Origin: Prosthecochloris vibrioformis
GTDB taxonomy: Bacteria; Bacteroidota; JABWAT01
DNA length: 24,000 bases
Direction: 5' to 3'
NCBI GenBank assembly: GCA_943371965.1
Contig: CALRWV020000001.1
Location: 284,706-308,705 of the forward strand
In this document: positions 16,133 to 23,871 of the stretch, piece after piece
Layout: every line of letters begins with the position of its first letter
Numbering within the stretch: the first letter of the stretch is position 1
Translations under genes and position numbers: made by a program
Notes under the pieces: generated by a model
What the model saw: the letters and a program-made list of their open reading frames with translations, nothing else
Told to the model about the DNA's origin: nothing
Database searches by the model: none

Positions 16133-17362
16133 TCAGTTACCCTTTTTTATCAAATGTATTTCACTTCCACTGTCAAATACAGTAATATTTTCATTTATAT
16201 ATTTGTTATATGCTGAATCAATTGAATCAGAATTAAGAAGATTTTCCAAATTACTTGGAATAAAACCAATATAATCCATAATAAATATAGTTGTGTTCTG
16301 CGGATGGTAAAAACTTATCATCTTATTGGAACGATAATCAACAATAAAATGAATCCACTTGGTAAAGTTTGTTTCTACATATTTATTTTTTATTAAGATT
16401 GATTGATAGGCTTTTACTTCTTCTGAATCCCAATGAAGCCTATCACCTGAAGCCCTGATTCTCAGCTCCTCAAAACCAGTGCTGGTAACAAGCATATTGA
16501 TAAATGGGGATAACATTAAATCATTGTATGCACTGATTAAATCAGATGGCTTTAAACCTACTTGAACAGTACTGTCTTCATTTATTGGAAATGCCAATTC
16601 ACAATACCAGCTAAACGGGGAATCTGCCTTAGGATGAAAATCACCTGACCATTGATCAGATTCATAGAAATATATTCCCGCAAAAGTACCAAGGTATGCA
16701 TCGCATTTGGAAATGATAAAATCATTTTTGAATGAAGATAATTCTGCACTTTGACTGAGCAATTGATTTCCAAGGTTTTTTGATCTTTCAAAACTTTCTT
16801 TGAAAATTTCACTGCCTGTTTTTGCTTTCAAATCTTTGAACGAATTTATTATTTCTCCACCCTCAGAATTGAACTGGTAAACTATTTTATCTGTAGTTAC
16901 TATTGTATACAGTTTGTAATCTTCAGAAAATCCGGTTTTCACAGATGTTTCCTCAGAATTCCATTCAAAATGTGAAACGCTTCTTGACACTGTCGAAAGA
17001 TCAAGCACCAATTGATCTATTTTATACTGTTTAATTAAATTATTTCTGCTGTAAAATGAAATAGCCAATTCATTTGTGAATGATGGCCATGGACCAAATC
17101 TAATTAAATGAATACCATCGTCGTGAATGAAAACTTCAAATGCATACCAGTCAATCGTCCACAAAAGACTGTCTTTTTCTCCGTTTGCAATTGAGAAGAC
17201 TTTTCCAGAACCCTTCTCTCCATATTTCTCAGATGGATTCATTTCAATTACGTATTTATTGTTTGGAGAATATTTGCAGTACACTCTGTTTTCTGCAACC
17301 TGATCTGCAATAACGATATCGCAATAAAGTGAAAATGTGATTAATAAAATGAATCTATTCAT
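16133..17362 (-). CDS. Hypothetical secreted protein (409 aa)
   Basis: The ATG at 17362-17360 gives MNRFILLITFSLYCDIVIA-DQ, a signal peptide. The track's TTG at 17386 adds 8 aa. It is a long uninterrupted ORF in very AT-rich DNA with no domain I recognise. Confidence 0.7.
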   Translation of the reverse strand: MNRFILLITFSLYCDIVIADQVAENRVYCKYSPNNKYVIEMNPSEKYGEKGSGKVFSIANGEKDSLLWTIDWYAFEVFIHDDGIHLIRFGPWPSFTNELAISFYSRNNLIKQYKIDQLVLDLSTVSRSVSHFEWNSEETSVKTGFSEDYKLYTIVTTDKIVYQFNSEGGEIINSFKDLKAKTGSEIFKESFERSKNLGNQLLSQSAELSSFKNDFIISKCDAYLGTFAGIYFYESDQWSGDFHPKADSPFSWYCELAFPINEDSTVQVGLKPSDLISAYNDLMLSPFINMLVTSTGFEELRIRASGDRLHWDSEEVKAYQSILIKNKYVETNFTKWIHFIVDYRSNKMISFYHPQNTTIFIMDYIGFIPSNLENLLNSDSIDSAYNKYINENITVFDSGSEIHLIKKGN

Positions 17363-17870
17363 AACTTTTTTTGGTTCCTGGTACAAAAAACAGATTCATT
17401 CAAGCACAGAATTTTATTCATTTTTTGATAAGTATGAATAAACAGGAAAGAAAACAAATATTTACAGATTTTCACCCAACTGCCTCATCTGATTTTTTAG
17501 TTTCAACAATCGGTTTTTTGATATCAATATCTTGTGCTCCAAAATTAATATTGTATAGGAAACACAAAATGGTTTTTCTAAGTCCACCCATTAAATAATT
17601 CGTGACCATGTAGCAAAATCATACTCCAACACTCAAATCATGCTGCCAAAGTAAGAACCTTTAACATCAATAACAACTGCAGGACATTGTGAAATGAAAA
17701 CAGGATCAAGTAAATTTAAACCGGCGGGAAACTAAAAAATCACCGAACATTTGGGAAGTAGTCAATTCAGGTTTGCAACAAATTCACAGATTTCAATTCG
17801 TACCAACATTCATTGTTTTAATTCGTGAATCTCCCGAAATATCAGGACAAGATGTGGCAATTTTTTGAAA

Positions 17871-17926
17871 CCCCACCCTCCCATAGGGATGCCTATGGCA
17901 TAACCCTCCCCGATTTCGGGGAGGGG
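17871..17926 (-). terminator. GC-rich double hairpin immediately downstream of the DUF1569 gene; possible terminator and/or degenerate relative of the 8930-9824 elements
   Basis: The sequence is CCCCACCCTC (17871-17880), then hairpin CCATAGG-GATG-CCTATGG (17881-17898), then hairpin CCCTCCCC-GATTTC-GGGGAGGG (17904-17925). The upstream gene's stop codon is at 17936-17938. On the minus strand the structure is followed by GGGGTTTCAAAAAATT. Confidence 0.45.
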
Positions 17927-17935
17927 ATATAAGCC

Positions 17936-18385
17936 TTAAACCCCAAATTGTCTCAAGTGATGATCAAGATGTTTGTATTGGGTTTTTGACCATTCATCAG
18001 TTGTTAGAAAACCAAAAAACCCGTGCGGATGTGTGGTGCATTTTTCATGACCGCCTTCATGAAAGAAAGTAATCAGTTTTTTGAGCCGTTCTTTTTCTGC
18101 ACTGAAATTCCGTTCGTCCTTAATGATGAATTCACTTGACGTAGGACTGCCTTTATCGAACGGTTTATCGCTCAGATATCCGGATTTTGCAAATGGACCG
18201 ATGATCTTTCCAAGCAAAGATTGTTTGATTGTTTTCTGTCCGGTAGCAATTTGAAGTGCTGTTGAAGCATGAGCCATCATTTGTGATACCTTCATTTTTC
18301 CCCAAACCGATTTTGATTCCGGTGCAAGGGAATCAAGTCTGGAAATGATTTCATCGTAAGTTGATTTATCGAACATGTTTTTCAT
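17936..18385 (-). CDS. DUF1569 family protein (DinB superfamily)
   Basis: The C-terminal THPHGFFGFLTTDEWSKTQYKHLDHHLRQFGV is the DUF1569 signature. I prefer the ATG at 18385-18383 (MKNMFDKSTYDEII...), which removes the overlap with the upstream gene. Confidence 0.8.
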   Translation of the reverse strand: MKNMFDKSTYDEIISRLDSLAPESKSVWGKMKVSQMMAHASTALQIATGQKTIKQSLLGKIIGPFAKSGYLSDKPFDKGSPTSSEFIIKDERNFSAEKERLKKLITFFHEGGHEKCTTHPHGFFGFLTTDEWSKTQYKHLDHHLRQFGV

Positions 18386-18395
18386 AATAAGTCTT

Positions 18396-18728
18396 TCATC
18401 TTTTTTCGATTCTTGAAATATTAATTGCTTTAATACAAAAACCTTTCGTTTCAGTCCAATCAAGTTTTACAAAAATGGGGAATTGAGTACTTTCATTCAC
18501 AATAAAGTCATTGGGTTTTGAATGTATAACATAAGTCTTTGAAGTAAATAATTCAGTCGAGTCAGAATCAACATTGATAAGAACTCCACCGCAACAGGCA
18601 CAGTCTCTGGGGTCAAATCCGGTAACAACTCCTTTGCTTTGAAACTCTTTCTTTTCATCTTCATTGCAGGACGTGAAAATGAATAAACCAAAAAACAGGA
18701 TTAAACAGGTAATAAAAATACGTTTCAT
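18396..18728 (-). CDS. Small Cys-rich hypothetical lipoprotein
   Basis: The ATG at 18728-18726 is preceded by GAGGT (reverse complement of 18734-18738). It gives MKRIFITCLILFFGLFIFTSC-NEDEKKE and contains DPRDCACCGGVLINVD. I recognise no family. Confidence 0.6.
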   Translation of the reverse strand: MKRIFITCLILFFGLFIFTSCNEDEKKEFQSKGVVTGFDPRDCACCGGVLINVDSDSTELFTSKTYVIHSKPNDFIVNESTQFPIFVKLDWTETKGFCIKAINISRIEKR

Positions 18729-18799
18729 ACTGGACCTCATGGTTAGTTTGGGAAATTATTGAAACTAACAGGTGAAAAAGTACAAATTGTTGCAGAAAC

Positions 18800-19321
18800 T
18801 TACAAATAATTTTTCCTGATCACATTCAAATGATGCAGTTCATGACCTGCAATGTGATAGACTAGTGATCTGACCGAATTCCGGTTACCGTTTGCTTTTC
18901 CGGTTCTTATCAGCGCTTCATCCGAAAAACTTTCAAACATCAAAATGGTAGATTTTCTGACAGCTTCATATTCTTTTAAAATATTTGAAAGCGATCTGGA
19001 TTCTGTTCCTGAAAATTCGATAAAATCATCCTGTTCAAATCCCGGCAGTTCAGTTTTGTCATTCCGTGCAAAACGAAGGGCACGGTATGCATAAATCCGT
19101 TCGTCATCAACAAGATGTACCAGAATTTCCTTTAATGACCATTTGTTCTTCTTATATCTGAAATTCAGTTGTTCTTCCGAAAGGGAAAGAATCAGTTTTT
19201 TGATTTCCTTGAAATTGTCTTTCAGATGTTTCAGTATCAGTCCATCATCGGGAACCAATTTCATGTACATATTGGCATACTTCGGATATTCGCCTGATTC
19301 CGGTTTTTGAATTTTCTTCAT
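18800..19321 (-). CDS. DinB-family (DinB_2) metal-dependent protein
   Basis: 173 aa. WSLKEILVHLVDDERIYAYRALRFA and the C-terminal VYHIAGHELHHLNVIRKNY match the DinB four-helix-bundle His-triad pattern. Confidence 0.8.
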   Translation of the reverse strand: MKKIQKPESGEYPKYANMYMKLVPDDGLILKHLKDNFKEIKKLILSLSEEQLNFRYKKNKWSLKEILVHLVDDERIYAYRALRFARNDKTELPGFEQDDFIEFSGTESRSLSNILKEYEAVRKSTILMFESFSDEALIRTGKANGNRNSVRSLVYHIAGHELHHLNVIRKNYL

Positions 19322-19446
19322 AAGTAATTTATCAACAATGTTGTTTGGTTGTATTCCTTAATTTGGAGATTGCTTCACCTGTGAGTACACAGATTCGTAA
19401 TGACATACCATATGTTAATTGCATCACTGAATCAGTTAGACATCAG

Positions 19447-19956
19447 TCAGTGCAAATCGAAAGTTCTGACAAGATCACGGTTTGTGGAATTTGAGTGACA
19501 GGAGATGCATCCATTTCCTTTTTTACCGGTGCTGAAATAAGTCTCCCCATTTGCCCGGAATTCTGCCCATTCATAACCACTTCCTGCAATAGATGAAGCC
19601 GGATTCTTTTTCATAACCGCAAAGAATTTCAGCGAACCGTTAGCATCAGTATAAACTTCTTTCACAATCAGTGATCCGTTGGGAAATGATTTTCCGGATG
19701 GCAGGTCTTGGTTTGCATCAAGAGCACTGAATGCGATGGAATCAAACTTGGTTCTGATAAATCCGTGCGGACTGTTTCCACGTGCAGCAGTTATTTCTGC
19801 ATTTCCTTTGTAATAAGTGAAAGATTTGGATGTTATTTCAGTAAACAGTTTTTTATCTATTTGATCTGAAGTTCCATCTTCAGAACTGGAGTCTGATGAA
19901 TTTGAACAGGAAAAGGATAGGATCGAAACAGTAAAAATCAGAATGGATAATTTCAT
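19447..19956 (-). CDS. Cytochrome P460-family heme lipoprotein
   Basis: The ATG at 19956-19954 is preceded by GGAG (reverse complement of 19962-19965). It gives MKLSILIFTVSILSFSC-SNSS. The body has SPHGFIRTKF...FPNGSLIVKEVY...FAVMKK...GYEWAEF and a C-terminal single heme site, GCISCHS...RDLVRTF, as in the P460 family. Confidence 0.7.
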   Translation of the reverse strand: MKLSILIFTVSILSFSCSNSSDSSSEDGTSDQIDKKLFTEITSKSFTYYKGNAEITAARGNSPHGFIRTKFDSIAFSALDANQDLPSGKSFPNGSLIVKEVYTDANGSLKFFAVMKKNPASSIAGSGYEWAEFRANGETYFSTGKKGNGCISCHSNSTNRDLVRTFDLH

Positions 19957-20070
19957 TGGATCTCCGGTTAGATAATCATGATTCATGTTTTTAGAATTGT
20001 TGAGCCTGATTGATCCATCACCAACAGAAACAGTGTCATTGAATTTCAAATGACACTGTGGTAAAACGTT

Positions 20071-20994
20071 TTACCCTTGGGCTACCGAAGCTTTTATTCC
20101 CTCAGAATATGAAGTTACTTTGAAATCCGGAAAACGTGCAGTGAATTTTGAACAGTCAAAGAAATAATCCAGCTCATACTGATAAAGCATTTCAACCAGT
20201 TCACCCAGAAAGGGAACAAACAGACCGATAAGTCTGGTCATGAATTTTGGAAGGACAGAATATTTGGGTTCAGCTTTCATTTCCGAAGCAAATAATTCAA
20301 CCCATTGTTTACCTGTCAACTTTTCCGGAGAAGTAGGCATATGCCAAATCTGATTGAAAGCATCGGGTGAGTTGCCTAACAAAGCAGTTGCTCTTGCTGC
20401 ATCGGGTGTGTAAGTGAAAGAATGTATTTTTTTGTCGTTGGAAAACCACATCGGTTTTTTTCCAGTCTTCAGGTTTTTGTAAACAGCTTCCATCAGAAAA
20501 CTTTTATCGTTGTTGGGTCCGTAAAAATCTGCTGAACGGGCAATCAAAGCCGTTAATTCACCTGTAGCGATTTTATCGGTTATCATTTTGGCAATGGCTG
20601 TTCTGACTTTTCCTTTTTCACTTGATGGATTTATTTTTCCCGTTTCTTTCATGTGAGGAATTTCGTTTTGATCATACATATACACATTATCGAAAAACAC
20701 CAGTTTGGCTTTGTGTCTAATGCACGATTTTACAACATTTTCCATCAGAGGAGGCCATTGTGTCCGCCAAACTTTCAGATTGTAATCCAATCCAACTGTC
20801 AGGTAAACAACGTCAGAACCTTCCACTGCTTTATCAATTTGTTCGGGTTTTGTAAGATCAGCAGGGAACAACTTGTCAGTATCATTTATTTTATTTGGGT
20901 TTCTGCTTACCAACCTGATATCATTCGTAAATGATTTCAATTCCTTTGCGAGAGTGGTTCCAATCGTTCCGCCTGAACCTAAAATAGTCTGCAT
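20071..20994 (-). CDS. NAD(P)-binding SDR-family protein (epimerase/dehydratase or NmrA-like)
   Basis: 307 aa. It has the N-terminal Rossmann motif ILGSGGTIGTTLAKEL and an extended-SDR-like length and layout. Confidence 0.75.
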   Translation of the reverse strand: MQTILGSGGTIGTTLAKELKSFTNDIRLVSRNPNKINDTDKLFPADLTKPEQIDKAVEGSDVVYLTVGLDYNLKVWRTQWPPLMENVVKSCIRHKAKLVFFDNVYMYDQNEIPHMKETGKINPSSEKGKVRTAIAKMITDKIATGELTALIARSADFYGPNNDKSFLMEAVYKNLKTGKKPMWFSNDKKIHSFTYTPDAARATALLGNSPDAFNQIWHMPTSPEKLTGKQWVELFASEMKAEPKYSVLPKFMTRLIGLFVPFLGELVEMLYQYELDYFFDCSKFTARFPDFKVTSYSEGIKASVAQG

Positions 20995-21043
20995 GTTTTT
21001 TTATTCCTTATTGTAAATTGTTTAAAAAGTTGTTTACCTTAAA

Positions 21044-21658
21044 TTATTTGGATTCGTATTTCCAGTTTCTGCCTTTTCCGTTTGCAATCCATTCCACGGC
21101 GGTCAGAACCCGTTTGTTTTTTGTCGCTTCTGTTTTTGCTTCATCAATCCACATAATGTATTCTTTTCTGTGCGAATAACTGAAAGCTTCAAAGTTGGAT
21201 TTTGCAATTTTGTTTTTACTCAGGGCAGATTTCAGTTCTTCAGGAATTACCAATTTCATCTTTTCAGGTGCAGGTTTATTTCTTACAACTTTTATTCCGG
21301 CTTCATTCAGCTTAACTGCTTCTTTGATATATTTGATGATGATTTTATCAGAAGGAAAATCTTTCAGCGAGGTTATTTTTCCCAAATGTCCCATTGCTTC
21401 TTCACGGTTCTTATCAAGAATATTGTCAGGGTCAGACATCAAGATTGCTTTCCAGAATCCGAACGCACTATGCTGTTTGAACGCCGCCATATTGCACAAC
21501 GGTCCGTTGAAATCAAAAAAGGGCATTCCCCATTTTATTTTTTCTTCCACTTCCGGACAAGCCTTATGCACCACATCACGGATATGCAACAGAATCGGTT
21601 GTGCAAAATCTGCAGACTTTGAAATATAATGATCAATCTGATTATTTTTTGAAGGCAT
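21044..21658 (-). CDS. DUF1801 (YdhG-like) plus YdeI/OmpD-associated domain protein
   Basis: The N-terminal IDHYISKSADFAQPILLHIRDVVHKACPEVEEKIKWGMPFF is DUF1801-like. The C-terminal FSYSHRKEYIMWIDEAKTEATKNKRVLTAVEWIANGKGRNWKY is YdeI-like. GAGGT (reverse complement of 21665-21669) lies upstream of the ATG. Confidence 0.8.
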   Translation of the reverse strand: MPSKNNQIDHYISKSADFAQPILLHIRDVVHKACPEVEEKIKWGMPFFDFNGPLCNMAAFKQHSAFGFWKAILMSDPDNILDKNREEAMGHLGKITSLKDFPSDKIIIKYIKEAVKLNEAGIKVVRNKPAPEKMKLVIPEELKSALSKNKIAKSNFEAFSYSHRKEYIMWIDEAKTEATKNKRVLTAVEWIANGKGRNWKYESK

Positions 21659-21670
21659 GACGTTACCTCA

Positions 21671-22636
21671 TTATTTTCTTGACAAAACTCCGGAAATGAA
21701 CTGATAAATCAGATGAGCGCCCAATTTGGCGGTTTGGCTGTCACGGTCAAATTTCGGGTTGATTTCACAAATATCAAAGCTGGTTACTTTCGGATTTTTT
21801 GCCATTCTGTAAACAAAGGGAATAATATCTTCTGCTTTGAATCCAAATGGTTGAGCTGCACTTGTTCCCGGCGCATCACCGGAACGGAATCCGTCAACAT
21901 CAATAGTCAGGTAAATATTTTCGTCAGAAGGTTTGATGAAATCCGAAGTTTCATATTCACTCAAATGTTTATTGAAATCAGTCAGCCATTCGATGGTGAC
22001 AGTCTGTTTTTTTGCATAGTCAACATAAGTTTCGGAGTTGGAATTTGGCTGTGCACCCAGAACAGAATATTTGTCTATCAATCCGGAAGGGTGTTCAAAA
22101 ATTTCCCTGAACGGAGTTCCGCTCGTACCGATTCCATCTGAAGGAATCGAACGCAAATCAAGATGCGCATCCAGGTTGATGATCGAAACTTCTTTTCTCA
22201 CTTCAACATATCCCAAGAAATGTCCGTAGGCTGTTTCGTGACCACCACCAATCACGACCGGAATTGCGTCATGATGCAGAACGAATGCTATTGCATGGCC
22301 TAACCGGTTCTGTGCTTCAGTGAGAGAATTTCCAATATCAATATTTCCCAGATCAAGAATTCTGTGGTTTTGAAAAGAAATTCCAAATTGGGAATTACTG
22401 GCAGGGAGTTTATAAAATGCCTGTTTGACAGCATCGGGTGCATCTTTTGCACCTTCACGTCCATGATTTCTTGTTACGCCGCGGTCTTCAGGAAAACCAA
22501 TCAGACAAATATCTCCAGATTGGATTTCGGGAACTTCAGTTCCGGCAAAATGGATAATTTCTCCAATCCGCACATCATCTGGATCATTGCGTTTGAATTT
22601 GATGGATTCAGGAACGGGAATCAAAGATAAAGACAT
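21671..22636 (-). CDS. hutG: Formimidoylglutamase (arginase/ureohydrolase family)
   Basis: It has the ureohydrolase Mn-ligand motifs GGGHETAYGHF, NLDAHLDLR and YLTIDVDGF. It lies directly downstream of hutI, with a 16-nt overlap (22621-22636) and AAGGGTGA upstream of its ATG. Confidence 0.8.
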   Translation of the reverse strand: MSLSLIPVPESIKFKRNDPDDVRIGEIIHFAGTEVPEIQSGDICLIGFPEDRGVTRNHGREGAKDAPDAVKQAFYKLPASNSQFGISFQNHRILDLGNIDIGNSLTEAQNRLGHAIAFVLHHDAIPVVIGGGHETAYGHFLGYVEVRKEVSIINLDAHLDLRSIPSDGIGTSGTPFREIFEHPSGLIDKYSVLGAQPNSNSETYVDYAKKQTVTIEWLTDFNKHLSEYETSDFIKPSDENIYLTIDVDGFRSGDAPGTSAAQPFGFKAEDIIPFVYRMAKNPKVTSFDICEINPKFDRDSQTAKLGAHLIYQFISGVLSRK

Positions 22637-23871
22637 TCCATCACCCTTTCATTTTTAAAGATGCTTTTTCCGTTAGCGAAAACTTCATGAACGTGATTGG
22701 CTGAACTGTGGTAAATCAGGTGTTCCCACGATGGTGCTTTCCATAAAACAAAATCTGCACGGAAACCGGGAGCAATCATTCCGGTAATTTTTTCACGTCC
22801 CAAAGCTTTTGCTGCATTGATGGTAACTGCACTCAATAATTCATCAGGTGTCAGATTCATGTACAAAGTGGAAAGCAAAAACAACTGTGAAAACTGATCG
22901 ATGGTACAGGAACCCGGATTGAAATCGGAAGCCACACAAACCGGAATATTCCGTTCAATCATTTTCCGTGCCGGTGCGTAATTCATTTTCAGAAACCATG
23001 CAGTTCCCGGCAGCAGCATGGCGACTGTCTCGGAATTTGCAAGATCATCAATTCCTTTTTCGGGAATGCACAACAGGTGATCTGCAGAAAGCGCATTCAA
23101 TTCTGCTGCAAGTGACGCACCACCCAATGGAGAAAGTTCATCGGCATGGACTTTTACTTTCAGTCCAAGTTCAAGAGCTTTCTTTAAAATGGTTCTTGAT
23201 TCTTCCACGGAATAAACTCCGGTTTCGCAGAACACATCAACAGCTTCCGCCAGATTTTGTTTGGCAACTTCAGGAAGCATTTCGTTCAGAATAATATCAA
23301 TATATTTTTGCTTGTCAGATTTGTATTCTGCTGGAATGTCATGAGCACCCAGAAAAGTTGAAGAAATATCAATCGGGAAATCTTTTTTGAGTTGCTGGAT
23401 GACGTCAAGCTGTTTGAGTTCGGCTTCAGTTGTCAGGCCATAACCTGATTTGATTTCCAGCGTTGTAATGCCCTGTTCAATCATTCTTTGTACTCTGGGA
23501 CGTGAAAGCTGGAGCAGTTTCGTTTTTGTTGCCTCACGGGTCGATTTGACAGTTGTAGCAATACCGCCGCCTTTTGCAGCAATTTCCTGATAAGTTGCGC
23601 CTTTCAACCGTTCACCGAATTCCAACGCACGTTCTCCTGCAAAAACAAGATGCGTGTGCGCATCAATCAAACCGGGAGTCAGAATAAAATTGGAGCAATC
23701 CTGTACTTCAAAAGTGTGATAGATTTCAGGAAGTTCATCTGAAAAACCGAACCAGGAAATGTTTCCGTTTTCGACTACCAGTGCTGCATTTTCAATGGTG
23801 GAAATATGACCGTTGCCGACTTTGGTTGGTGTGTAGAGATTTTTGATCTTGGTAAGGCAGAAAGAATTCAT
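22621..23871 (-). CDS. hutI: Imidazolonepropionase
   Basis: 416 aa amidohydrolase. GLIDAHTHLVFAGERALEF, KGGGI, KVHADELS and ASDFNPGS match HutI. Confidence 0.9.
   Translation of the reverse strand: MNSFCLTKIKNLYTPTKVGNGHISTIENAALVVENGNISWFGFSDELPEIYHTFEVQDCSNFILTPGLIDAHTHLVFAGERALEFGERLKGATYQEIAAKGGGIATTVKSTREATKTKLLQLSRPRVQRMIEQGITTLEIKSGYGLTTEAELKQLDVIQQLKKDFPIDISSTFLGAHDIPAEYKSDKQKYIDIILNEMLPEVAKQNLAEAVDVFCETGVYSVEESRTILKKALELGLKVKVHADELSPLGGASLAAELNALSADHLLCIPEKGIDDLANSETVAMLLPGTAWFLKMNYAPARKMIERNIPVCVASDFNPGSCTIDQFSQLFLLSTLYMNLTPDELLSAVTINAAKALGREKITGMIAPGFRADFVLWKAPSWEHLIYHSSANHVHEVFANGKSIFKNERVMECLYL

Noticed and set aside
9858-17362. Integron-like gene-cassette array (co-oriented small ORFs of unknown function)
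   Set aside because: I compared the intergenic gaps (10404-10522, 11492-11627, 12156-12278, 13023-13176, 13840-13936, 14384-14443). I found no shared attC-like imperfect inverted repeat or GTTRRRY core, and no integrase gene is in the window.
17371-17598. 75-aa plus-strand ORF in the long spacer
   Set aside because: It starts inside the divergent gene's 5' end, has non-protein-like composition and no recognisable motif, so it is probably spurious.
17600-17870. Possible tRNA or small structured RNA in the long spacer
   Set aside because: I saw no GTTCRANNC T-loop, no acceptor or T-arm pairing, and no extended complementary segments. A covariance-model scan would be needed to exclude an ncRNA.
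9883-22630. Plus-strand track ORFs opposite minus-strand genes (9883-10122, 12133-12423, 14096-14281, 20653-20934, 21170-21622, 21195-21629, 21713-22141, 22038-22229, 22364-22630, 22968-23294) and nested minus ORFs (14455-14640, 14838-15032, 16582-16812, 18497-18691)
   Set aside because: They overlap better-supported genes and have compositions typical of antisense or alternate-frame reading of AT-rich coding DNA.
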